Shown piece after piece: positions 31,735 through 40,295 of a stretch of DNA of 64,000 nt. The translations under genes were made by a program, and so were the position numbers. Position 1 is the first letter of the stretch. Each line of letters starts with the position of its first letter. The notes beneath the pieces are model-generated. The model was not told where the DNA came from and ran no database searches. It saw only the letters and a program-made list of their open reading frames with translations. Source of the stretch: a virus; the IMG/VR virus record IMGVR_UViG_3300008267_000004, positions 96,001-160,000 of that record. The stretch is one strand, 5' to 3'.

Positions 31735-32355
31735 CTAACCTCCAACTTTAACTTTCATAATCAAGAAGCCGTCTTTAACCTCTGAACTAACAGTACTTGC
31801 TTTTCCGCTTGATACTCTGGATCCACCAACATCTCTACCTCTTACCGCATCAACAGCCATAGCTCTTGCGTCCATTTGAGCAGACTCTAATCCCATGCTG
31901 CCACCTCTTACAGGAACTTTTACGGTTACTACATTTCCATCTACCTTAAGGACTTCACCTCTTCCAGCTTTTTTGGCAGGGGCTGATGGTTTGACAGAGC
32001 CAGCATCAGATCCTAAATCTGCTCCTGATGTTGGTTTTACACCAACTGTTACAAATTTTCCTGGGCCGTATCTACTATCTAGTAGATCGTTCATAACATC
32101 TCTAACTTCGGAAGCGTTTGCACCTAAATCATCAACAACAATTGAACGAGTAGATCCATCTTTAACATTCTTGACGGTTACTTTTACTGGTTCTGCTTCT
32201 GCTGTATTGGCAGCACCGTAACCCATGCTCATAAGAGCGCCAGCAAACAATGCTGCGATGTTTTGTTTTAAACCTTCGAATAGTTCTTCTTGCTCCAACT
32301 CTTTTTTAATTTCTTCTGATACAATTTGATTGAGTTTTGATACTGTAATTTTCAT
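31735..32355 (-). CDS. hypothetical protein with MKIT-leader and hydrophobic helix
   Basis: MKITVSKLNQIVSEE; IAALFAGALMSMG. Confidence 0.8.
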   Translation of the reverse strand: MKITVSKLNQIVSEEIKKELEQEELFEGLKQNIAALFAGALMSMGYGAANTAEAEPVKVTVKNVKDGSTRSIVVDDLGANASEVRDVMNDLLDSRYGPGKFVTVGVKPTSGADLGSDAGSVKPSAPAKKAGRGEVLKVDGNVVTVKVPVRGGSMGLESAQMDARAMAVDAVRGRDVGGSRVSSGKASTVSSEVKDGFLIMKVKVGG

Positions 32356-32364
32356 TTTTTTCTC

Positions 32365-32730
32365 CTACTGTAAGGTTAATAAGTACTTTAGTTTGTTAAC
32401 TTCTGCTAACATTTCATCTCTTATATTCATAAGATCACTATCGCAACTAGGATCTAGTATAGCACTGATTCCAATTAACATTTCACAACATGCGTTACAA
32501 AATTCTATTGGTTTTAATTCTTGTAAATTTTTTAACTCCAAACTACAAGATTCATCTAAAATAAATCTATCATGTTTTCCCATGCATATTTCAACATATT
32601 TGTCTATAAGGCCACTTAATGTATCATAAGTAGCACCAAAAGCTTGGTGACGAGCATAAGATTTTGTTTGCCAATGAAATATTCTTAACTGCTGTTCCAT
32701 TTGTATAAGTGAAATAATTATCTTATCCAT
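32365..32730 (-). CDS. ferritin/Dps-like phage protein (DUF5856-like)
   Basis: QLRIFHWQT.SYARH.A.G..YD.L..LID.YVE and NIRDEML...KLKYLLTL. Confidence 0.8.
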   Translation of the reverse strand: MDKIIISLIQMEQQLRIFHWQTKSYARHQAFGATYDTLSGLIDKYVEICMGKHDRFILDESCSLELKNLQELKPIEFCNACCEMLIGISAILDPSCDSDLMNIRDEMLAEVNKLKYLLTLQ

Positions 32731-33749
32731 TAAAAATCCCCTGTTTCAGAACCATATTTATCTTTATCTGCCATATCTTGCAATTCTAGCTCTTCTGCAT
32801 ATTCAGGAATTTCTTTTGCTAGTGCTTGCTTGTATTCTTCTACTGACATATTTTCAAATTCTGCCTCGGAAGGTAAAAATCCATAAATTTGAGGGTATTC
32901 ATCTGCAAATCTACTTTCAACATCATCATAAATATTTTCTTTCTCTCGCTGTTTTTTTTGAAAATCTGTAATTTCGGATATTTTTTGCTCTATAAGAGTT
33001 CTTATATACTTTTTAGTAATTTTTTGTTTATTCTCTTTCATGGAATCAGCTACCTTTTTTAAGCTTGGGACATTATCAACAGAAACCACTTCATCAAAAC
33101 CTTCTGCGGCTTGATCAACTTTTTGAAAACTTTTAAACATTCTATCAAATGCAGCTTCTGGGATTGTTTTTGATTTACCTGCTGCTTTTGCTTCGGCTGC
33201 GCGTTTTGCTGCCACACTCTTAATTATATCTTCTGCGCCTTCAAAGTTAAACACCACAGCGACTTTGTGATAATCACTTTCAGACCCTTCAATTGCTTTT
33301 AAAGCTCCTTTTCTAGCTCCTGGAGTCATATTAGTCATATCGACAACAATAACTGGTTGTCCTTTTGCTTCCTGAACTCTGCCATTGAACCTTCCAAAGA
33401 CTCTTCCGTTTGCCTCAATAACTTTGTCATAGGCGGTTGGATTAAAGGCTGCATGTGGAGGAGATTTAATCACTGTACCATATTTTTCACTAACATCTCC
33501 CTCTTTAGCATCTGGTGGAGGAAGCATAAACATATCATCATATGTCCATCCATAGTCAGCTGCAATTGCCTCTACAATATCATCTCTATTAATAATATAT
33601 GGATCTTGATTTCCAAAAGTTTTTTGAATCCAAGTAGATTTTCCAACAGATGGTGGACCAACTAAAACGTAAATTTTCTTTTTATCCAATTCTTCATTTA
33701 GCGTAGAAAACTTCCTCCAGTTTTCCATAATAATTTTCATATTTTTCAT
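32730..33749 (-). CDS. P-loop polynucleotide kinase-like protein (AAA_33)
   Basis: GPPSVGKS, INRDD, VVDMTN (T4 Pnk-like); leader MKIIMENWRKF. Confidence 0.82.
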   Translation of the reverse strand: MKNMKIIMENWRKFSTLNEELDKKKIYVLVGPPSVGKSTWIQKTFGNQDPYIINRDDIVEAIAADYGWTYDDMFMLPPPDAKEGDVSEKYGTVIKSPPHAAFNPTAYDKVIEANGRVFGRFNGRVQEAKGQPVIVVDMTNMTPGARKGALKAIEGSESDYHKVAVVFNFEGAEDIIKSVAAKRAAEAKAAGKSKTIPEAAFDRMFKSFQKVDQAAEGFDEVVSVDNVPSLKKVADSMKENKQKITKKYIRTLIEQKISEITDFQKKQREKENIYDDVESRFADEYPQIYGFLPSEAEFENMSVEEYKQALAKEIPEYAEELELQDMADKDKYGSETGDF

Positions 33750-33773
33750 ATTATTATCCTATATTATATCTTA

Positions 33774-34184
33774 TTACCACTTCCTACATGACCAATATCT
33801 AGCTTTTGTTCTTGGACCTGGATTAGCGCAGTTATGACGAGCACGAAATGATTTACGACGTTTTGGATTACTTTTTTTAATACGCATATTCTTATCGCCA
33901 AAGTTTACTTTTTTAACGTTTCCGGTTGAAGGGTCGCGTACAAATACTTTAAACTTTTTTACATCTCCCCTCATTGGTTTTCCTAGAGGAACAGTACGTC
34001 CTTGATACTTTGCTTCTTCAAGTTTATCTGGGCATCCGCATGTTAATTCTTCATATAGACATGCTTCGCAAACAAGAGTGCCGTCTTCTAAGGTAGAATC
34101 ATTATTGCCTAGTTGTTCAACAATTAATGCTTCATGGATGCTTTCTTTTACGACTTTTCTTAAGTCTGATTGTGAAATTTTCAT
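33774..34184 (-). CDS. conserved large-phage protein with basic Cys/His C-terminus
   Basis: Leader MKISQSDLRKVVKE; KKVNFG...RRKSFRARHNC...ARYWSC..W. Confidence 0.8.
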   Translation of the reverse strand: MKISQSDLRKVVKESIHEALIVEQLGNNDSTLEDGTLVCEACLYEELTCGCPDKLEEAKYQGRTVPLGKPMRGDVKKFKVFVRDPSTGNVKKVNFGDKNMRIKKSNPKRRKSFRARHNCANPGPRTKARYWSCRKW

Positions 34185-34780
34185 TCTTGTTCCTCTTTTT
34201 TAGTTTTCCAAGATACTCTTTTTGAGCTTTTTTTCTGACTAGCCCCTTTTCTGTTACAAGCACTTGGAGTAGGACGACAGGCCGGATATTTACTTCTTTT
34301 TTCACCGTCACTTCTGCCACAGGTTTTACAAGTTTTTCGACCAGTCTTAGGATTAGTCCTACAGGTATTACAATCTACCCATCCTTTACTTTTACCCTTG
34401 CCGCCCTTACGAGCAAACCATCCATGAAGACCTTGAGATTTTTCTTTATCAAAAGTGCCTTCATCCAGTTCTAACTCTAGAGTTTCATCTACCTCTTCAT
34501 TTGCTTTTTTTTTACGTCCTACTTTACCTTTACGGCAACGAACAATAAATCCTGAAGCATATGCTGAAGGGAATACATCATATTTTTGTTTGGCTAAATG
34601 ATAACATCTATCTTTTTTTTCATAAATAACACTTTCATCTAAGTTAGAGTCTTCTTCCATTCCAACGTATTCTAAACGATTATCACCAGCAGAGTCTATC
34701 TCTCCCGCTCCTCGTCGTAAATCATCATTTTGTTTATTTAACTCTAAAACTCTTTTACGTGAAATTTTTACTTTTATCAT
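34181..34780 (-). CDS. conserved large-phage basic Cys-rich protein
   Basis: DRCYHLAKQKYDVFPSAYASG and GL.GWF...GWVDC...KYPACRP; start at MIKVK, 5 nt after ACTATTTA. Confidence 0.8.
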   Translation of the reverse strand: MIKVKISRKRVLELNKQNDDLRRGAGEIDSAGDNRLEYVGMEEDSNLDESVIYEKKDRCYHLAKQKYDVFPSAYASGFIVRCRKGKVGRKKKANEEVDETLELELDEGTFDKEKSQGLHGWFARKGGKGKSKGWVDCNTCRTNPKTGRKTCKTCGRSDGEKRSKYPACRPTPSACNRKGASQKKSSKRVSWKTKKEEQE

Positions 34781-34785
34781 ACGAA

Positions 34786-34793
34786 TAAATAGT
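34786..34793 (-). promoter_or_regulatory. candidate late promoter ACTATTTA
   Basis: Same octamer upstream of 36938, 45056 and 57577. Confidence 0.5.
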
Positions 34794-34804
34794 AACATTA
34801 AAAC

Positions 34805-34831
34805 AAAACGGGAGGCATTTCTGCCTCCCGT
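34805..34831 (-). terminator. intrinsic terminator after Hsp20
   Basis: ACGGGAGGCA-4 nt-TGCCTCCCGT followed by TTT. Confidence 0.8.
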
Positions 34832-34850
34832 CGATTAAAAAATATATCTT

Positions 34851-35234
34851 TTAATTTACAACTACATCAACATTTATTTTTTTTGTCACTGGCTCTTTAT
34901 GATTCAAAATTACAGTCAGTAATCCATTTACAAGTTTAGCAGAAACAGATTCGCTATCAATATTATCAGGAACTAACCAGTTTTCTTCAAACTGTCTTGC
35001 ATAAGCTGAATCAGTAGAAGGTTTTACCACAATTTTTAGCATTTTATCTACAACTTTAACAGATACATCGTCTTTTGACGCACCAATTGCTGGTATTTCA
35101 AGTCTATATCCATTATCATTTTTATGTTGTACATATTCCGGCGTTCTGTGTTGAGGTTTTCGATAATATGTGTGAGGTGTTGTAAATGCTTTTGTTACAT
35201 CATCAAAAAGTACGTCTAAATTACCAATTGCCAT
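34851..35234 (-). CDS. small heat-shock protein (Hsp20/alpha-crystallin)
   Basis: YRLEIPAIG..K.DVSV..., VSAKLVNGLLTV, KKINV. Confidence 0.88.
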   Translation of the reverse strand: MAIGNLDVLFDDVTKAFTTPHTYYRKPQHRTPEYVQHKNDNGYRLEIPAIGASKDDVSVKVVDKMLKIVVKPSTDSAYARQFEENWLVPDNIDSESVSAKLVNGLLTVILNHKEPVTKKINVDVVVN

Positions 35235-35306
35235 ATATATTTCTCCTTTGTTGTTGCGGAATCCCGCTCAACAAATAATCTAAAACACAATTTTTGTGTG
35301 TCAAGA

Positions 35307-35708
35307 TCAATTTAATTCATACTTAAATCCATATTCTTGAAGCAGTAATTGTTTTTGTTCCTCTATGGATAAAGAAAATTTCTGTAGAAGGGTCAACTCA
35401 AATTTTGTAACTAGAACATCTTTTATGTTATTTTCATTACAGAATTTTATTTCTTCTTCTGGTGGGTCGTTTATCTTTTTATCTAATAGTTCCCTCAAAG
35501 AGGATAATATAACAACAGTTTCCATAAAATCAGGAATTGGTGTATTTTCCCAATTATCTATATTATGTTCTAGTATCAACTCTTTTAATTTATCGGCAAC
35601 CATATAATAATATCTATCAGTGTCAGTCATCAGTTCTATATACTTATCAAATAGAATAGTATAATATTGTGGTTGCTCTTTTGCCATTATCTGTTTCCTA
35701 TACCCCAA
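35307..35708 (-). CDS. hypothetical protein
   Basis: Coupled minus-strand ORF. Confidence 0.65.
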   Translation of the reverse strand: MGYRKQIMAKEQPQYYTILFDKYIELMTDTDRYYYMVADKLKELILEHNIDNWENTPIPDFMETVVILSSLRELLDKKINDPPEEEIKFCNENNIKDVLVTKFELTLLQKFSLSIEEQKQLLLQEYGFKYELN

Positions 35709-36205
35709 AAATTTTCGTTTGATTTAGAATCTGTAACGAGTTCAATAGCAATTATTTCTTTATTAAACTTGTTTATGGTTCTAAAACCATATAACTGCAA
35801 ATTACCATATGGTTTTTTGGGATCTTTTTTCTGACCTTTCTTTTTAGTTTCGGTCTGATTTAAATAGTTTACACATCTTACAACGATTTGTTCATCTGTA
35901 AGACCATTATTTCTATGTTTTTCTAGGTCTGTATCCAAATAGGCCAAAACAACAAAAGAGTTCTTACCAAATCTATTTAATGTATATGTAGATTGTGCAT
36001 ATCTACCAGCTTTTTTAATTTCGTTATTGATATGTGAATATTCATTAATGGGTACAAGAGAACATTCTAACATTTCTTCAGTAGAGAGATCAAATGTAGG
36101 AGCTACATATGGTTTAGATTCAACTACAAAAACCTCTGGTGTTTTATTTTTATCTTTTGGAGGTCGCCCTAGTCTTTTACCGTTTTTACTAAGTTTAACA
36201 GTCAT
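35687..36205 (-). CDS. hypothetical protein with AT-hook-like motif
   Basis: KRLGRPPKDK near the N-terminus. Confidence 0.7.
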   Translation of the reverse strand: MTVKLSKNGKRLGRPPKDKNKTPEVFVVESKPYVAPTFDLSTEEMLECSLVPINEYSHINNEIKKAGRYAQSTYTLNRFGKNSFVVLAYLDTDLEKHRNNGLTDEQIVVRCVNYLNQTETKKKGQKKDPKKPYGNLQLYGFRTINKFNKEIIAIELVTDSKSNENFWGIGNR

Positions 36206-36208
36206 GTA

Positions 36209-36586
36209 TTATCCCTCTCCATTTTCTTTATTTTCATCTTTATTTACGTTAGGAAGCACTAATCTTTCAGGCTCTAGCTCGCTAGCTTTATGTTTAGCAT
36301 AAGCAGTTAAAATACTAAAACAATCAGAGCAAACCATATCTATATATGCTATTTCATCCCTAAAATTATTTAGGGTTTCTGCTGCTTTTATAATGTTTTG
36401 AGTCTGGATAAGGCTCAAAACATCTTCAAGTATTTTACAGGCTGATTTTTGCATCATATTTACTGATTGTAATTTTGCAGTAACTTCTTTTGGAAGATCA
36501 TCTACTTTTACAGTTATTTGTATTTTTGCATTTTTCATATTTTCTCCATAAAAAATCGGACAGTTGTTTTTCAACTGTCCGATCAT
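36209..36586 (-). CDS. hypothetical helical protein
   Basis: Start probably at MKNAK (GGAG RBS). Confidence 0.65.
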   Translation of the reverse strand: MIGQLKNNCPIFYGENMKNAKIQITVKVDDLPKEVTAKLQSVNMMQKSACKILEDVLSLIQTQNIIKAAETLNNFRDEIAYIDMVCSDCFSILTAYAKHKASELEPERLVLPNVNKDENKENGEG

Positions 36587-36617
36587 TATAACTCATTTAT
36601 TTTACTCAGTCAAGCCA

Positions 36618-36938
36618 TTATTTAGATATTAAATCTGTAAAAATTTTAACCATAACTGAAATAATTCCGCCTCCTAGTAACCACATAAATTTAGCATGAG
36701 TTTCTTGTGAATTTTTGATAAGAGCTAATTCTTTATGTAATTCTGGCGGGGTTGTCTGCTCTAATACAAGAACTTTTTTCTCTAATTCTTCTACCGTTTT
36801 ATCCATTTTGCATAATGAGGTTTCGAGTCTGGAGACTCCGCTATTTAATTGATCTAATTTTGATATTAGTCTTTCCGTTCCTAATTTTATTTCTATAACC
36901 ATCATCTCTAAGTCTTTTTTATTATCTTGTTCAGACAT
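36618..36938 (-). CDS. coiled-coil protein with C-terminal transmembrane helix
   Basis: Heptad region, then FMWLLGGGIISVMVKIF; ACTATTTA at 36962-36969. Confidence 0.75.
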   Translation of the reverse strand: MSEQDNKKDLEMMVIEIKLGTERLISKLDQLNSGVSRLETSLCKMDKTVEELEKKVLVLEQTTPPELHKELALIKNSQETHAKFMWLLGGGIISVMVKIFTDLISK

Positions 36939-36970
36939 CTTATTTCCTCGTTAGATGATAGTAAATAGTT

Positions 36971-38548
36971 TTATACTTCAATAATAGCATGAGAAGTTGT
37001 TAATAAAGTTGAGGCAGCAGATACAGCATTTTGTAATGCACATCTTGTAACTTTTGTTGGATCTACAATACCTTCTTCAATTAAATCAACATAAGACCTA
37101 CTAACAAAATCATAACCAACCAAAGGGAGATCGGAAATATATAATACCTGATGAACTATAACGTCTGGGCTTTCATCGCAGTTCTTAGAAAGTGTTTTTA
37201 TTGGCTCGTAACAGGCTTTTTTAATTATTTCTACACCAAATTTTTGATCTTCATTATCCAGTTCTACTTCTTTTTCTAGTTCAAATGAACATCTCAATAG
37301 TGCCAATCCACCTCCAGGTAAAATACCCTCTTGTTGTGCGCTGCGTACAGCTTCTAAAGCATCTTCTATGCGATGCTTTCTTTCAGTCATATCTACTTCC
37401 GTAGAACCACCAACTCTTATAATTGCAATACCCGCAACTAAACGCGTAATTCTATCTTGAATAGATTCACACTCTTTTACATCACTACTTTGTTCAATTT
37501 CTGCTTTAAGAGAGTCTATCTTTTTTTGTACTTCCTCATAGTTTCCGCCGCCGCCGACTACCGTTGTCCAGTTTTTCAAAGATTCAATAGTCTTACAGCT
37601 TCCCATATGACTTCTTTTTACTTCTTTTAATGACATACCACTTTCTCTAGAAATAAATGTCGCACCTGTTGCCAACGCTAAATCTTTTAGCAGGTTTCTT
37701 CTTTCTTCACCGTATTTAGGCGCTTTGATGGCAGCGACTTTCATGCTGCCTCTTTTAAGGTTTAGAACCATAGCAGCTAAAGATTGTCCCTCTACATTTT
37801 CTGCAAAAATAATAAAAGGTTTATTCTCTCTTGCAGCAATTTCCAGTGCTGGCATTATATCGTCAAGGTTGTCAATTGAGTAATCAGTTACTAATAGTAT
37901 AGCATTTTCATATCTCATTGCCCCTCGACGTGGATCAGTTACAAACTCTGCTGATACAAAGCCGGATGGAATTTGAAACCCCTCAACAACATCTAAAGTT
38001 GTATCTACAGATTTGCCTTCCTCAATTGAAATAGCGCCATCTTTTCCTACTTTATCAACAGCCATAGCAATAAGTTTACCAATCTGTTTATCACCATTGG
38101 CAGATATTGTTGCGATATGTTCTATGTCTTCTATACTAGATACTTCTTTTGACATGCGATGCAATCTAGATACAATCGCAGTTACTGCTTTATCCATCCC
38201 ACGTTTAAGTTCTACTGGGCTTGCTCCGGCTGTAATGTATTTTTGAGCGTTTTGCATAACTGCTCTAGCTAGGACAGTAGCAGTTGTAGTTCCATCTCCA
38301 GCTTCTATAGCAGTAACCTCAGAAGCTTGTTTTAGCACTTGCGCTCCAACATTCTCAAAAGGATTTTCATATTCAATATTTTTAGCTACGGTAACTCCAT
38401 CTTTTGTAATTATAGGGTTTCTACCCTTAAGATGTATTACTACGTTTCTTCCTTTAGGGCCGAGAGTTGAACTGACAGCATCTGCCAGTTTGTTGACTCC
38501 ATCTAATATTGCTTTATTTAAAGAAGTTCCATTATCATATACTTTCAA
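36971..38548 (-). CDS. groEL: chaperonin GroEL
   Basis: TLGPKGRNV, TKDGVTVA, AGDGTTTA, RIEDAL, GGG, IVDP.KVTR.ALQNA.S.A; 525 aa. Confidence 0.97.
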   Translation of the reverse strand: MKVYDNGTSLNKAILDGVNKLADAVSSTLGPKGRNVVIHLKGRNPIITKDGVTVAKNIEYENPFENVGAQVLKQASEVTAIEAGDGTTTATVLARAVMQNAQKYITAGASPVELKRGMDKAVTAIVSRLHRMSKEVSSIEDIEHIATISANGDKQIGKLIAMAVDKVGKDGAISIEEGKSVDTTLDVVEGFQIPSGFVSAEFVTDPRRGAMRYENAILLVTDYSIDNLDDIMPALEIAARENKPFIIFAENVEGQSLAAMVLNLKRGSMKVAAIKAPKYGEERRNLLKDLALATGATFISRESGMSLKEVKRSHMGSCKTIESLKNWTTVVGGGGNYEEVQKKIDSLKAEIEQSSDVKECESIQDRITRLVAGIAIIRVGGSTEVDMTERKHRIEDALEAVRSAQQEGILPGGGLALLRCSFELEKEVELDNEDQKFGVEIIKKACYEPIKTLSKNCDESPDVIVHQVLYISDLPLVGYDFVSRSYVDLIEEGIVDPTKVTRCALQNAVSAASTLLTTSHAIIEV

Positions 38549-38567
38549 AGTATTACCCTTTACCTTT

Positions 38568-39038
38568 CTATTTTGAAAAAACTTCTTCTACTGTAGCATC
38601 TACAGTAAAAGGTTCAATTGATTTCCAATCTTTAATTTTTGCCGCTAAAAACGGCTTTACTGTTTCATCTCTTAACATGGCTGTTATATGAGGCACTCCA
38701 CTTTGTACGTACATATCCGTATCAACTTTCCAAGCGGCTATTCCAAGCTTTTCATCTACTCCAAAGGCAACTATCTTTAGTTTAGTTGGTACATTTAACT
38801 CTATAGGAGTTTTAGATTTATTTGCTGGGGAAGGTACTATAGTCATGTGATGATTTAATTGTTCATTCCCATGAGAACCTACAGAGGAGTCTTTCCATCC
38901 TTCTACCCTAAGTCCTAATTCATCTAGCTTAGAATTTAAATTTTCTACATCTTGTACAACAGCACCTGTATATAACGCTACTTTAGCATCTTCTTTTAAG
39001 AAATTTCTCCAACCTTCCATTAATTTATCTAAACTCAT
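38568..39038 (-). CDS. 2H phosphodiesterase (tRNA-ligase CPDase-like)
   Basis: Two HxT motifs (HHMTI, PHIT); leader LMEGWRNFLKE. Confidence 0.78.
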   Translation of the reverse strand: MSLDKLMEGWRNFLKEDAKVALYTGAVVQDVENLNSKLDELGLRVEGWKDSSVGSHGNEQLNHHMTIVPSPANKSKTPIELNVPTKLKIVAFGVDEKLGIAAWKVDTDMYVQSGVPHITAMLRDETVKPFLAAKIKDWKSIEPFTVDATVEEVFSK

Positions 39039-39043
39039 TCACT

Positions 39044-40291
39044 TTACCTCGTCTTTATCTTTAGATCATCTCTTTTATCACTTAACATGTTAGAATGAAA
39101 CTTAACAGAATGTATTGTTAATGGTTCTAATCCAGGAATATCTATAATAATATTAGCTCCTTCACTTCTAATAATATCATTTTTATTCATCATTTTTAAT
39201 TTATTAATATTAGGCTTCGCTTCCTCTTGAGAGATCAATTTAACACCTTCTGATGTCGATGTTAACTTCAAAAATTTATCATATTCTTTACGCTCGTCAG
39301 CAACTCCTAGATGGGCTTCGTTAACCATGTCAACTAGATCTTTTAAACGTAGGCGTTTTAAATTATGTATTAACACTTCTCTTATCTTGGCGTAGACTTC
39401 CTCCATCGCCTCCTTGTATAAGTCTGGATGATCCTCCTTCGCTTTTGTCATCCAAGCTGGACATTCAACGCCTTCTCCTTTTGGCACATATTTACGCTTA
39501 CCAACTTTTTTAGCGAAGATTTGTCTTCCTACAACCCACCACGGTTCCCCAGATGGATTACGAACTAGATTGTCATCTTTTTCATCACCATATCCAAGAT
39601 TTTTATTATATGTAAATCTTACACCACGACCTTCCTCTGTTACTAACTTAATAGACAAGCCTATTTTTTTTCCGTCTTCCGAATAAAGAACTAGATCCGC
39701 TTTTGAATTTTGACTTCCTACGGATTCTACCTTTTTTATTTTTCCAACTGATTTTATTATCTTTTTTTTACCTACTAGAGCAACTTTAAAAACTTCTAAG
39801 AATTCATTTTTTAATTTACTTATAACATCATCTTTTGATGAATTAGGAGATAAATCAATGCGATTTTTTAACTGGTCGTCTATTTGACCAGATAATAAAA
39901 AACGGATGATCTGCTCAAGAGCAAGACCATCCCTTATACCTAATTCTGTTTTATAGACAATATACGCCTTTCCACTACCATCTTTATATTCAACAGTAGT
40001 AACATCGGCAGAAGAATAAAACTTTGGGATATGGTCGTCAGACAAACTCAAATCAGAGTTTTTGATGGCAGTCTTGATTTTTTTCACCCCTTTGGTAAGA
40101 CTGTCCTTATCTTCAAACCTAACGACCACTCCCAAATCCGTTTTATTTGATGCTGTAACGGAGACTATTCCGGCATCTTTTACGGAACCTATCTTTTGAT
40201 AAAGATAGTTTATAAGCTTCTCTTGATTATATAATTCTTCATCAAGAGAAGCCCTTATTTCACTTAATAGATATCTACTGATCTTATTCAT
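39044..40291 (-). CDS. PD-(D/E)xK nuclease-fold protein
   Basis: GLALEQ...SKADLVL...GLSIKL. Confidence 0.6.
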   Translation of the reverse strand: MNKISRYLLSEIRASLDEELYNQEKLINYLYQKIGSVKDAGIVSVTASNKTDLGVVVRFEDKDSLTKGVKKIKTAIKNSDLSLSDDHIPKFYSSADVTTVEYKDGSGKAYIVYKTELGIRDGLALEQIIRFLLSGQIDDQLKNRIDLSPNSSKDDVISKLKNEFLEVFKVALVGKKKIIKSVGKIKKVESVGSQNSKADLVLYSEDGKKIGLSIKLVTEEGRGVRFTYNKNLGYGDEKDDNLVRNPSGEPWWVVGRQIFAKKVGKRKYVPKGEGVECPAWMTKAKEDHPDLYKEAMEEVYAKIREVLIHNLKRLRLKDLVDMVNEAHLGVADERKEYDKFLKLTSTSEGVKLISQEEAKPNINKLKMMNKNDIIRSEGANIIIDIPGLEPLTIHSVKFHSNMLSDKRDDLKIKTR

Positions 40292-40295
40292 TATT

